Shown here: in pieces, positions 10,492 to 22,567 of the stretch
Layout of the letters: every line of letters begins with the position of its first letter
Numbering within the stretch: position 1 is the stretch's first letter
Assembly (NCBI GenBank): GCA_026936335.1
Contig: JAPMXV010000053.1
Coordinates: 248,001-312,000, forward strand
Length of the DNA: 64,000 nt
From: Mantamonas sphyraenae STR306
Taxonomy: Eukaryota > Protista > CRuMs
Direction: 5' to 3'
Made by a program: the position numbers and the translations under genes
Notes under the pieces: model-generated
What the model saw: only the letters and a program-made list of their open reading frames with translations
Told to the model about the DNA's origin: nothing
Database searches by the model: none

Positions 10492-11424
10492 ATGACCGTT
10501 AAGCGACGCAACCATGGAAGGAACAAGAAGGGCCGCGGACACGTGAAGCCCGTGCGATGCAACAACTGCGGCCGCTGTGTGCCCAAGTACGTTGTTGCTG
10601 GCCGAGTCTGAAGCTCGGGCGAATTTTGATTCGCCCCCTCCCAATCCACCGCAGCGTTCTTCGCCGCCCCTGCACGCGTACACAGGGCACATGGCACCTC
10701 GCACATGGCAGGATTACGTAGAACACATTGGCATGCGTGTGTCCTGTCTGCGTGTGTGTCTCTGTGCTTGTGTGTGCGTGTGGTGGCGTGTGTTTTCTGA
10801 GCGTGCGCATGCATGCTGCTGCTTGCCGCGCTCGTCGCGCGAAACGCCGCCGTTCTGCCCCAGTGCGCTGTTGGACCACGCTAGTTGAGCCTCATCACTA
10901 ACCCCATGTGTTTTCCATTCGCCTCTCTACAGGGACAAGGCTGTGAAGCGCTTCACCGTCCGCAACGTCGTCGAGTCGGCCGCCATCCGTGATATTCAGG
11001 AGGCCTCTGTGTACGATGGTGAGTTTAAAAACGCTGCGGTGCGCCTTTACGTGGCTGCGACTGTGTGTGTGTTTGGTTGTGGCCCATGCTGACTCTCCAT
11101 GGCACACGTGTGTGATTGTCCCATGTACAGTGTACACCCTGCCCAAGCTGTACAACAAGGTGCAGTACTGCATCTCCTGCGCCATCCACGCCCATCTCGT
11201 GCGTGTGCGCAACAAGACCGTCCGCCGCAGCCGCGACCCGCCTGTGCGCCGTCGCCGTCGTGTAAGTCGTCTCCACGTGCCACTCCCTTGCTCCGCAGTA
11301 TGCCTTGTGCCGCTGCAGGCGCCGCTGCTGCGTGTGTGTTTTTGCATGCACCCTTTTTCTCACACGCATCGCCTCCCCACTCGCCTTCCAACAGGACGAC
11401 AGCAAGAAGACCGAGAGCAAGTAA
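10492..11424 (+). CDS. RPS26: 40S ribosomal protein S26 (eS26); exons 10492-10586, 10933-11018, 11131-11261, 11395-11424
   Basis: Spliced product [39 protein letters not shown]...[24 protein letters not shown]; three canonical GT-AG introns. Confidence 0.98.
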
Positions 11425-11464
11425 GCAAGTGAGCTTGCTTCCAGGCAAATGAAGTCCTCTGACC

Positions 11465-13483
11465 TCACGAATGGCTCTCCATTGACTGCTCTGTGACCCT
11501 GGTCCCCTCTTGAAGCTCCTCAGCGCCCTCTTGCCTCTCATCAGCGTCGTTGTGTACATCCAATGCAAGCGTATGCATGAGTGCTTGCTTCATGGCCCGT
11601 AGTTGCTCTCCTTGCGGCCGTACCGAGTCGGCTGCGCTGCGTTCGTGTTCGGTCACCGCAGCCTGCACCTGTGCATCTACCCAGCGACACGCACGTTGCA
11701 GCAGCACGCAGAGTTCGTTGAGCACGTCGTCGAGATGCAGCCCATGCATCTTCACCTCGTGTTTCCTCCTCTCCTCCAGCATGGCCATCCCAGACACGCT
11801 TGTCAACGCATCCTTCACCTCCTTCTCACCAGCACCGATGCTGCTGCTGCTGCTGCTGCTGCTGCTACTGGATCCCTCACTCTGTACACTCTTGCTGCCT
11901 GCGGCTGCGCCTTCACCGCGCTGTGGCATGACCATGATCCCGTGCAACTGTTCGCTCACAGTCTCTGCGTGGCGGTTTTCTTCCGTGTGGCCATGTTCCG
12001 CCAGCCATTCTTCGGTGTGATTGTGCAGCAGATGGAACACGTCGGCCACGGTGCCGATGTGGTTTGTCACCAGTTCGTTCAGTCCATTTAGCGTCACAGC
12101 CACTTGTGCCTTCCGTTCCTCGTCGGCATTCCACGACCCCACCAGGGCTGTGCTGCCAACAAAGCTCAGTTGTTCCATCTCTCGATTCACCAGCTTCACG
12201 TGCTCCACAACCGTCAACCATCGAGCCCACCTTGGATCCACGTGGGGATCCTCCTCCTTCTCCGCCTCCTCCTTCTCCTCCTCTGCATCCACCTGTGCAT
12301 CCTCTCCCACGCCGTTCTGGGTCTTCTTCTCCTCACAATCTTGTGCACCGTGCGCACCCCCCCTGTTCTTCCTGCTGGTCGTCCTTCTCCCGCTCCTGCT
12401 CCTGCTGTGCCGACGCCTCCCGTACAAACCGGTTGCCTGACCCGCCATACAGCTGTGTATCGAGCAGCAGGACAGCATCCTGGTTGCCCTTGGACAAAAG
12501 GTGAAACGTCATGTGTTTGCACCACGTGTGAAACTCACTCAGCGGCAGCGGGTTGACGTAGTGTTTGAGCCACGTGGAGAACGGCCGCTGGCTTTCGTAC
12601 AACGCCTCCTGCCACTCCACTGCCGCATCGTCCTCGCTCAACCCTTCCTTTTCGCACGCTGCCAGGTGCTGATTGCCCATTTCGTCGCCAAAACACTCGC
12701 CCACGGTGACGTAGTAGCGCATGCCGTGCACTGCAAACAAGACCAATTCCCACAGCTGCAGCACGGTGCCGTTGTCCGCCCACCGCACTGTTTTGCCACC
12801 CCCATTCATGCGCCGGGTAATCATCTTGACTGTGTTGAACTGACGTGTCACCTGCTCTTCGTACTCCACAAAGCGCTGCAGAAACACGTAGCGCTGCCGC
12901 GCATCACGCTGCAACTGCCGCAACCACGCCACACGCTCGCCCACTTCACTGTCCAACACCTCCTCCAAGCCGACTCGTTGTCGCTCCACCAAACTCACCA
13001 CTCTGCCCAGCAGCTGCACAAGCATGCTTTGGTGGTCGGTCATTTGCAGCGTGAACCCGTGGTCCTCCGGTGTCATCCTGCTGTGCAGGTTGCGAAACTG
13101 GCCCAGCAGCACCACTGTTGTGTTGACCAGCCAATTGATCAATAGCTTCTGTGCCTCGATCCCTTCCGTCCATTCGATCCCGCTCACAAACTCCAGCAGT
13201 TTTGTCGACAACTTGCTATCGCTTTCCTCGTTGTATTCTCGATACACCAGACCAAACTCGTTTGTGCGAAACTGAAGCCTGTGTGTGGATATGTGTGAGT
13301 GTGACTGTGTGTCGCTTCCGTTTCGTCATCACATGCGCCGTGAAACAAACCCCCCCCTTACCTTCCCTGATCCTCCATGCTCATGCTGTGCAGCTCATCC
13401 AGTGTCACCACAAACGGCCGCAGCCGCATAAATACCTCCCGAATGCTTCCTCGGATCTGCGTGTGCACAAACGAATCGTGCAT
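11465..13483 (-). CDS. Uncharacterised alpha-helical protein (intron 13279-13361; apparent frameshift in a G7 run at 12357-12363)
   Basis: Exon 1 (MHDSFVHTQIRG...EDQGR) splices in frame onto ORF 12333-13247; coding-like sequence continues in ORF 11465-12478 across the G-run. Confidence 0.6.
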
Positions 13484-13523
13484 TTGGGTTTGGATGCCGG
13501 GCGCCAGCCGCTCCAACCAGACA

Positions 13524-15180
13524 ATGCCCGTCAAACGAAAGTCCCGTCACGCCAACGCCAATAGCGACGACGACGACGATGACGACCACACTCAAGAGCT
13601 GAGTGCACAGGAGCAGCGAGACCAGACAATGCGTGCGTTTGGCCGCGCCCTTTTTTGCATGGATGGTTGTGGCCAGCCGGCGAATCTCGGGAACTCCGTT
13701 CTGGGTCGCCTCCTGTCCTCGCCCTACGCCTCGCTGCCGACTCACACCCCTTCCCCACACTCCCCACGACTGTTTCCTGCATGCACAGACCATAGGAAAC
13801 GCTCTCGCGTGGACTCTGCCTCCTCCCAGGGCATTCGCAGCCAGGCAGTGCGTTTTGCGCCGTTTCCCCACCCCACCTCCTCCTTTTTTGCCCGCCTCCC
13901 TACTGCGCATTGCACACCCTCCCCACACACGCTGACACATTGCCACACCTTGTTCCCCTTCCATATGTGAAATGGCTCGCGTGCCAGGGCTCCTCCGGTC
14001 GCTCTCTGGTCGAGTCGGCCAACGCCAGGATGCGACGCGCCGCAAGCTCCATGTCCGCTGCCTCGTCCTCGTCATCGTCCTCGTCTGCCTCCCAATCCTG
14101 GTCCGAGTCCCAGCCCCTGTCACGTGACAAGAGGGCTGAGGTGAAGAAAGAGATTCCGGATGCCACGGTGCGTTGTGTCTGTCGACGTGGGAAAAACGCG
14201 CGCTCTGCTGCCGCCCCGCGCTTTTCGCCTTTTTTCTGCGCCGCCTGCTGACACATATGACCTGCTTGGCTGCTGCCATGGCGTCCACGGCGTGCAAACA
14301 TGCTTTGACACGGCTGCAGATGATTACGCAATTGGCACGTGAGGTGGTGCGCTACTTTCTGTTCAAAGACGCGGCCAAGATCCCGGTCTCCAAGGCTGCC
14401 CTGAACAAGGACGTTCTCACACGCACACTGGCCTACTCCGAGGAGCCCGTGCAGTACACACAATCAGCAAAGATCCTCAAGCAGGCCAACATGGATCTGG
14501 AAGACGTGTTTGGCCTGCAAATGTACAAACTGCCCAGCGTCAACAAGCAGCAAGACACGTACGCGATGCACGACCCGTCGCCTGCCTCCTCCTCCTCCTC
14601 CTCTTCAAACCCACGCTTTGCCGCAAACTTTTACAACGCAGGCACATTTTGCCTGCGCTCCACCCTGGACCCTCGCTACAACCTGCGCACAGTGATCCAA
14701 TGCCACGACGTGGCCGAAATGGGCTTCACCATGCTCGTCCTGGCCCTCATCATCATCCAAAACGCCTCGGGCCGCAAACTCACAGAACAATTCCTGTGGA
14801 ACCAATTGCAGGCACTGGGCATCAGCAACGACGACGGCATGCACAGTGAATTGGGCAATGTGCGCGATCTCCTCACTCGTCTGCTAAACCAAAAGTACAT
14901 TGCAAGGCGTACAGACGCATCCAGCCTCCTCAGTGCATCCTCCACACAAGAAAGCAACAGCAGCAGCAGCAGCGGCAAGAAACAGAAGGAAATCGTGTAC
15001 ATTCCGGGCGCGCGTGCTCTGGCTGAAATCCGTCTCGAGACCATCTGGAAGTTTGCCCGCCACGTGGGCCTCAATGTGCCCCAATCACAGCGCATCACGG
15101 AAGATATCAACACAGACAATGACGCCTTTGCCTCCTGTGCACCCAGACTCGGTCTCGGCATGATGGAGGAGGACGAATAG
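13524..15180 (+). CDS. NSE3: MAGE-domain protein, NSE3 subunit of SMC5/6 (four exons)
   Basis: MAGE features: EVVRYFLFKD..KIPV, LEDVFGLQM, GFTMLVLALI, LWNQLQALG, H..LGNVRDLL..LLNQKYI, GARALAE; three introns with GTGCGT donors join in frame. Confidence 0.88.
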
Positions 15181-15255
15181 ATTTCACCACTTCATTTTCC
15201 ACTCTCATTCTCACACACAACCCCCCCTTCCTCCAATAACTCAGCCACCCATTCC

Positions 15256-15956
15256 TCAGTCTTGCAACACTTGGCTCATAAACTCGCTCTTGGCGGAAAA
15301 GGGCTGAAGGGTGGTGATGGCCGCGACGACGTTGCGTTCCTCCTGGTTGAGGATGTTAAAGGTGGCACAAGCCTGTGGAGATGCCATCACATCGGCCACT
15401 ACTCCCAGCTTGCGACAGTACTCTTGCACCTCCTTTGGTAGACGCTGTGTGCGCTCGCCGGTGCCCACCAGAAGGATCTCGGGACGCGGGACAATCAGTT
15501 CCAGTGCAACCAAGGACTCCACGCTCAACTCGTCCATGCTAGGCATGTCCCACAGCATTGTGAACGTGGGAAACACCATCACCGACCCGTACATCGACAC
15601 GCCATTTACGCGGAAGCCCATGTTTCTGTGCAAATGTGCCCCAAGCGTGTGAGGAAAACTCGCCGCCGCCGCTGCCTCTCCTCGCCGCCCTTGCTCGCTT
15701 GCTCGCCCACTGACCCGTATCCGTCCACCTGTGTGCGAAAGGCCAGTTCGCCTACTTCGCCCCCACTTTGTCCAAACACGTCGAATTGGTCCAGGAAGCC
15801 GTCCTTGGCCTTGCGTCCGTCCCCGTCCTCGCCCACATCCTTCCGGCTCGACGTGTGCAGCCGCGATGCACTTGACACCCATGTCGTCCCAGCCATGCCT
15901 TGCACACGTGTCACAATGCCATGTGCCCCGTGCACGGCCCCATTCCGTGCAAACAT
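15256..15956 (-). CDS. NDUFAF3: Mth938-domain complex I assembly factor NDUFAF3
   Basis: VDGYG|NMGFRVNG...PRPEILLVGTG...ACATFNILNQEERNVVAA; one intron; mitochondrial-presequence-like N-terminus; start uncertain. Confidence 0.88.
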
Positions 15957-16111
15957 CAGCCAGGATTGTTCTTGTTGCCTGCGCATCCGCGTCCAGGTTG
16001 GTTCCCACATCACACAACCCACTGTGTGGGGTCCTGGTGGACTGGTCACCGCGCGCCATTGTGTGCTTTTTGCGTCTGATGCCCTGTTGCAGCCAGCACA
16101 AAGTCAGGGCA

Positions 16112-17860
16112 ATGAGCTTCCGCCTGCGGTTTGGAGGTAGGAGCCAAGGTAGCCTTGCCTCAGTTGTTGGACAGGGTGTGGATACCGTGCGCCAGTTCAT
16201 TGCAAAGAACAATTATGATGTGAACGTGGACAGCTTCGCATCGTCGCCGCGGACTCTCAGCGTGCTGCAGGAGGCGAGTGAGGATGGCGAGCTGCTTTCC
16301 CTCACCATTTCCTGCATCAGACTCGATATGTCAAGTTGTGCATCCATCCTTCATGCAATTATACAGCAGCAAACACGGATGCACACCCTCCGACTGACCG
16401 CAATGAAGATAAGCAGCCTGGAAGAGGAAAGGTCACTCGGGGAGATTCTCGCCAGCAACTCGTCTCCTGTCCGCACACTGGAACTCGTCATGGCTCCCTC
16501 TTCTTTCGAAGACGTTGGATCGTATACATTGGACGGCATTGCGTCGTCATTCAAGCACTTGACGTCCCTGACGCTGTACCGGGTCAGGGTCGTGCACGAT
16601 CGCACGGGCGACCAACTCGCCACGGTGTTTTCCCAGTGCCCCAACCTCAGTTCCTTGACTCTGCTGCAATGTCGGTTCAGAAATGGCAACGAAAGCACGC
16701 TTGGGAGTTGCATCGGCGGCAGCCGGTTGCAAGAGTTGACGTTGGGGTGGGTTGCAAGATTGCACGACTCGACCAAGCTCATGCTGGGCATTCTGGCATG
16801 CCCAACCCTCAGAAAACTGACTTTGAGTGGCTCCATGACCTCTCGATTGGCACTGTCAGGGCTGGCTGAGGCGATGGGCGCTCAACCGTGCCCGACGCTT
16901 CGCAGTCTCGACTTGGGCGACCTCGTCCTTGGGCAGGGTGGCGGCCAGGTTAGTGGAGCAAGCGAGTACAGCTTGCCCACTCCTTCCATGACGGATTTTT
17001 GCTTTGCGTTGCAATCCTTGCCCCAGCTCGAGCGTCTGATCCACACGGGCGTGCTCGACAACGAGGCATGCACGGCCATGGCAACCACGCTGTTGCATCT
17101 GAAGCACCTGAGGGAGTGGCGTATGTGTCAAGGCGCACACACAACCTACGGCTTGTGTGTGCTGGCCAACGCCGTGCGCGATCATCCGTCGCTGCAGTGG
17201 GTCACACTGGCACCCAAAACACCCAGGGACATCGATGACGAGACATGCGCTGTGTTGAAACAGATGGTGGTGGAGAACACCAGGTTGCAGGAGTTGCAAG
17301 GGCGGTGGTCGGCATTGGATGCAGAGGCACCTCTGCGCAAGTGCATCGTTTCTGCCGCAGAGGCCAATGTGCGCCTGCAGCAAATCGATTCTTCCTGGGA
17401 CGGCGGCGACGAAATGTTTATTGCACGCAAAGCTGCCATCAGAGCCCTGGTGTCATGCGAGAGCAACGAGGCACTTGCCGAAGCACTCGCCTCTGGACTT
17501 TCGCCCAATTCATGGACAGATCCAGATGGCCAGTGGTTGGTGGCCAATGTGCTGAAACGTGGCGATGTGGACATGTGGCACACCCTGGAGGCGTATGGAT
17601 TGCGGGAGGAGCTGACGCCGGGGGAACGGCAACAGTGCGGGGAGCTGGTCACGCTGCACAGCTCATGGCACCCAGCCTGGCATTGGGTGATGCCCGACGA
17701 GGTGGACGTGGCGTTGGAGACGGCCCTTGCCATGAACATGGAAGAGCGGGAGGTGATGTTTGAGGCAGGTGGGATGGAGGGGTACGAGCCGAAAGGCGAC
17801 TGGTGGACGATGCCAGATGAGGTGATGGAGCGAGTGTTGAGGTGGATGGTTGACGCGTGA
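16112..17860 (+). CDS. RNI-like leucine-rich-repeat protein with a degenerate ankyrin repeat and C-terminal F-box-like module
   Basis: Repeated LxxLxL units (LTSLTL, LSSLTL, LRKLTL, LRSLDL); C-terminal ...WWTMPDEVMERV shared with the ANK protein. Confidence 0.85.
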   Translation: MSFRLRFGGRSQGSLASVVGQGVDTVRQFIAKNNYDVNVDSFASSPRTLSVLQEASEDGELLSLTISCIRLDMSSCASILHAIIQQQTRMHTLRLTAMKISSLEEERSLGEILASNSSPVRTLELVMAPSSFEDVGSYTLDGIASSFKHLTSLTLYRVRVVHDRTGDQLATVFSQCPNLSSLTLLQCRFRNGNESTLGSCIGGSRLQELTLGWVARLHDSTKLMLGILACPTLRKLTLSGSMTSRLALSGLAEAMGAQPCPTLRSLDLGDLVLGQGGGQVSGASEYSLPTPSMTDFCFALQSLPQLERLIHTGVLDNEACTAMATTLLHLKHLREWRMCQGAHTTYGLCVLANAVRDHPSLQWVTLAPKTPRDIDDETCAVLKQMVVENTRLQELQGRWSALDAEAPLRKCIVSAAEANVRLQQIDSSWDGGDEMFIARKAAIRALVSCESNEALAEALASGLSPNSWTDPDGQWLVANVLKRGDVDMWHTLEAYGLREELTPGERQQCGELVTLHSSWHPAWHWVMPDEVDVALETALAMNMEEREVMFEAGGMEGYEPKGDWWTMPDEVMERVLRWMVDA

Positions 17861-17932
17861 ACAGGCTCCAAATGAACATTCGCCACTGTTGGGCCTTGCA
17901 TGCACCCATGCATGCACATCAACCCACCCGCC

Positions 17933-19726
17933 ATGCGCTTTGTGTCTACGCGAGGACGCGCCGAGCCTGTCTCCTTCCGCGATGCCATTCTCATGGGCAT
18001 TGCCGACGACGGCGGTCTCTTGCTCCCTGAATCCATTCCCTCTGTCAATGCATCCACGCTGGACGAATGGCGCTCGCTGCCCTTCCACAAGCTTGCCACC
18101 GAGATCTGCTCCCTCTTTGTCGACGACGCCGACGTCCCGCCCAAAGACCTCGCACGTCTCCTCAGCGACAGGTCAGTTGCTTCCCATGTGTCCTCTGTGT
18201 CCCCATCCTTTTGATCCCAGAGGCTTTGCCCTGCATGGCTGTGTTTCCACTAGCCACCGCCCGCCCTTTTCGCAACTCATCGCTCACCCTCGCCTCCATT
18301 CCTTCTCGTTTTGCGCCTGTGGACGCGCAGCTACGAGAACAATCCCAACTTTGCCAAGGACGACATCATCTCTGTGGAAAAAGGTATGCGTGGGGCCCCA
18401 CCTGGATTGACCTTTGCCCGGCCCACACTGCCTGCGTGCACACTCACACACACACACGCGGCGGGCATGATCTTCATCACCCGTTCAGTGGGCGACGTGC
18501 TGGTTGCCGAACTGTTCCACGGCCCCACACTGGCGTTCAAGGACATCCCTCTGACGTTTCTGGGCCATCTGTTGAACTACTTTATGGAGGACAGCGATGA
18601 GAAGCTGAACATCCTCGTGGGCACGAGTGGCGACACGGGCAGTGCGGCCATCCACGCTGTGCGCGGTCTGCCCAACATGGACATCTTTGTGCTATACCCT
18701 GGCGGAGGACGCATCACAGACATCCAACAGCGGCAAATGACGACTGTGCTGGACGACAATGTGCACGTGTACGCATACGACGGCAACTCGGACGGCCTCG
18801 ACGTCGTCGTCAAGACCATCTTTGATGACCTGCACTTCAAGCGCACCTTCAACCTCTGTTCCATCAATTCGTTCAACTGGGCGCGTATCATGATCCAGAT
18901 TGTGCACTTCTTCTACGTCTACTTCCGTGCCAGCGAGCAGGCAACGTCGAGCCAGGCGCAGGTGCGCTTTGCCGTGCCTACGGGCGCCGCAGGCCATCTG
19001 GTGGCCGGATTCATTGCCCAGGAAATGGGACTGCCGCTGGGCCAGCAGGGACTCATGGTGTGCACCAACCACAACGATATCCTGCACCGCGCCTTCACCA
19101 CAGGCAGGTACCACACCACAGACTCTCGCCAGAGCTTCAGCTCGGCCATGGACATCCAAGTGCCGTACAACTTTGAACGATTCCTGCTCCTGCTCAACGG
19201 GGGCGATGCCAAAGAGGTCGCAAGCCAAATGGACGAGTTTGAAGCCACGGGCAAGCTGGACCTGCCCCAATCCTGGGTGCACAAGGCCCACCAGCACGTG
19301 TTGGCTCACACTGCCAGCGACGAAGAGACACTGTCCACCATGGAGCGCATCTACGGCGCACACGGCTACATCCTCGACCCACACACTGCCATTGGGTACC
19401 ACGGCGCCCTCACCTTTGGTCGCCAGGTCGATGCCCAGGGCGCCTCCCATGACTACGACCGCGATGTCACTGTCGTCATGGCCACCGCCCATCCAGCCAA
19501 GTTCCGTCCTGCTGTCCAGCAAGCGTGCGGCCGCCCGGCTCCCGAGCCCAAGTGTCTTGCCGGCCTGTTTGACAAGCGCACCAAGGACATTGCCCTCACC
19601 AAGGATTACGGCGTCGCTGCTGATCAGGTCAAGTTTGACATGATTCGTGCCTTTTTCAGGCCCCAAAAGACCGATGGCCAGCGCTTCCCGTCCAAGAGTT
19701 ACCCCAAGCTCCTTGCCCGCTTGTGA
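17933..19726 (+). CDS. Threonine synthase (fungal/THNSL-type); introns 18172-18330 and 18384-18488
   Basis: MRFVSTRG, DGGLLLP, PLP-lysine motif ELFHGPTLAFKD, TSGDTGSAA, NSFNWARI, VPTGAAGH, MATAHPAKF. Confidence 0.95.
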
Positions 19727-19974
19727 GCACAGTGGACCACATGGACAACACATTTGAATGCAGGAATAGGAATGCAGGTGGTGTTGAGAAGGCAAGTGCG
19801 GTCGTTTGTTTCTTCGCATTCAAGCTTCTTCCCCTTGCGTCTGCTCGGTCCGGACACCATTGCGCCGAGTCTCTCCCCAAGAAGAAGAGTCTCAGCGGCG
19901 CCAGGCTGATCCGGTCCCGTCCGTCCGTGATGGCGGTGGCGCAGAGCAGGGGTCCATTCCTCGTTTTTGGCCCA

Positions 19975-21419
19975 TCACTTGGACTTCTTGGTCTCCTTCT
20001 TGCCATCCTTGGCGTCCTTCTTGCCACCCTTCTTGTTGTTCATGTAGCGGTCGACATAGAGCATGCCAAAGAGGACGAGGTAGGAGCCGATGCCAACGAG
20101 ATCGACCTCGTTGTTCCAGCTGTCAAAGGAGCTGCAGGCGTAGCCCAGGCCGTAGGTGAAGTAGAACGAGGTGCCAATGGCGCTCAAGATGAGCACAAAC
20201 TGGATGAGCTGGATGGTGGTGATGTACTTCTTCCACCACGGCTTGTGGCCCTGGTCGATCAGTGCAAAGTAGTAGTACATCGGCACGTGCACGGCAGCGT
20301 TGAGCATCTGGATGAACTGCACAGGGCTGCCGTAGTACAGACCAAAGTACACCAGCAACAGGGTGAACGCGTGGTGGTACACGTGCAGGAACGTCAGCGT
20401 GCTCTTCTTGATCACAAGCAGCAGCGTGTCAAGCAGCTCATAGATCTTGGACAGGTAGAACAGGTACACCACAAAGTGAAGGGTGCCCTTGTTCACCACC
20501 GTCTGTGAGTTGCGTGTGTCCGTGTGCCCCCAGTCCGTTTCGTGTCAGTTGCCAAGCTGCGAACATCCAGGCAGCGGCCCCGGCGTGCCCATGCGGCCAC
20601 ACAAGCCTCACACAGTCCCACATGGACACCATGCAACCACACAGCCTCCACATCCATGCACGTTGCAGCGATAAACCCCGTGTTTCACGAGCTCTGCCGC
20701 CTGGCTGTGGGCCCGCCGTGTCAAGGAGGCGCATGCGCGCCTTTTCCACCCCCCTTTTTTTGTGAACTTTCCACAGCCGTCCACTGCACAGGCGCCACAA
20801 CCTTCCAGCCTCCCTCCTCTCACACATCCGCTGGAGAAGAGCGGGTACATGCACATACGCCCCATGGCAAGCTCTGAGAGTATCGCACACACGTTCTGCG
20901 ACTCTGGTTTCCAGAGCGGCTGGGCGCCTGAATCGAAGGAAAACGGTGCGCAGTGAAAAGGCAACAACACACCTGTTCCGGGTCACACAGGAGGATCTGT
21001 GGACAGCAAACGCGGGGTCAGCATGGAAAACTCAGAATGAAGTGACTCCATGGACAGTATGACAGTATGGGACTCACCTTGGGATCCCAGGCAACGGCGT
21101 TGGCTTGCTCCACGAATCCGAAAACCATGCCAACGAGCATCACAAAGGAGAAGAAGCTCATCCACATGTTGTTGGCAATGGCCAGCGGCTTGCCAATGCT
21201 CAGCGGCTTCTCTCGGTAGGACATCAGCGCGTGGGACAGCCACACCACGACGAGGTAGGCCACCGAGCAGGTGAGTGGAATCACCGGGTCGCTCAGCGGT
21301 GTCACGCCGACCTGGAACTCAAAGTTGCGTGCCGTCTCCATCACTGCGCTCAGCGACAGTTCCTTGGGGATCACCTGGCTCCAGTTCATGTCCGTCAGGG
21401 CGTTCAACGTCGACTGCAT
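19975..21419 (-). CDS. ELO/GNS1-SUR4 fatty-acid elongase (includes 24-nt microexon 20973-20996)
   Basis: FYLSKIYELLDT, FLHVYHH histidine box, NAAVHVPMYYYF, TTIQLIQF, C-terminal KKSK ER-retrieval signal. Confidence 0.95.
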
Positions 21420-21594
21420 TGTGTGTGTGTAGTGTGGCGAGTTTGCGTGGCTCCTTTGTCGCATCCTCCCACCACAAGATCCCACACCCCATCTCCACTG
21501 CGGCCACGCCCACCCCAACACTGCAACTTCACCGACAACATCCACATCGTGTGCATTTCCACAGGTTCCATCAAACACTCAAACACTCAAACAC

Positions 21595-22567
21595 TCACAA
21601 CCGCGGTGCTCCGTACGCCTCGGGCAGCCGTTCCACGGTGTACTTGCGTGACTTGATGGTGAGGATGGGCACGCCGGGAATCTTGCGGATCCGCCTTTTC
21701 AGTTCCTTGTCCGCTGTGGCCACCAGGTAGCAGCGGTGCACGCTCACTCGCTTCACCAAACAGTCATCCGCATACGTGCCCTTGTGTGCACACGGCAGCC
21801 GCATGAAACGCTCGTCTTTGGCCATGCGCAGTGCCAGCCTGTACTTTGACCCCAGTTTCTCCAGTTCCGCCATCACACAGTCGGTAATGCACGGCACGCC
21901 TGAACAATTCGCACCACCCACACACGCCCTGTGTCAGACTTGTACTGCCCACACCCGTCCATTCCATCGCAAGCACACACACACACACACACACACAACC
22001 TACACTTGGCGTACAGACAGTCCATGGCCGCCTGCACAATGTCCAGCTTGTTCTGGATCGAAAAGTTGATAAAATTGGTGTCTACCAGGATGTAGTAAGG
22101 CGGTCCCAGCTTCTCGTTGTGTGAAAAGAACAGCGACGAGTTCACTTGTTCTCTGTACATGGGTGTGTGTCCGTCCACATCCACCGTGGCCGTGTCAGCC
22201 CCGCCCGTTTCGCGGACCTTCCCTCACCTGGAAATCCGTCTCGGCTTCCGCCTTCCTCCCGCAACTTACGAATACACCACTTCTTCCTCGTCATCCAGCC
22301 TCTTGCCCTTGCCCTTTCCCTTTCCTTTTCCCTTGCCCTTTCCCTTGCCTTTCCCGTTGCCCTCCTCCACCTGCTTCCCTTTGCTCTGCAGTTGCTTCCT
22401 GTAAGCGCCGCCCCACACGCGTGTCAGCCTCACCTCCTGCTTCCTCTCCCTGCGCATCTCTCTTCCACACCCCTTGCCCATATCCTCTCCACCTACAATC
22501 GATCATCATTTGCGCTGATCATGCGCTTCACCAGCGCGAATTTTTTCGTTCGCTTCACCTTGCCCAT
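21595..22567 (-). CDS. FCF1: rRNA-processing PIN nuclease FCF1/Utp24 (four exons)
   Basis: [69 protein letters not shown]. Confidence 0.96.

Noticed and set aside
12487-12540. GTGAGT...CCAAG intron as the explanation for the frame change in the orphan gene
   Set aside because: Splicing there leads into a third frame that soon stops; the G7 run explains the switch better.
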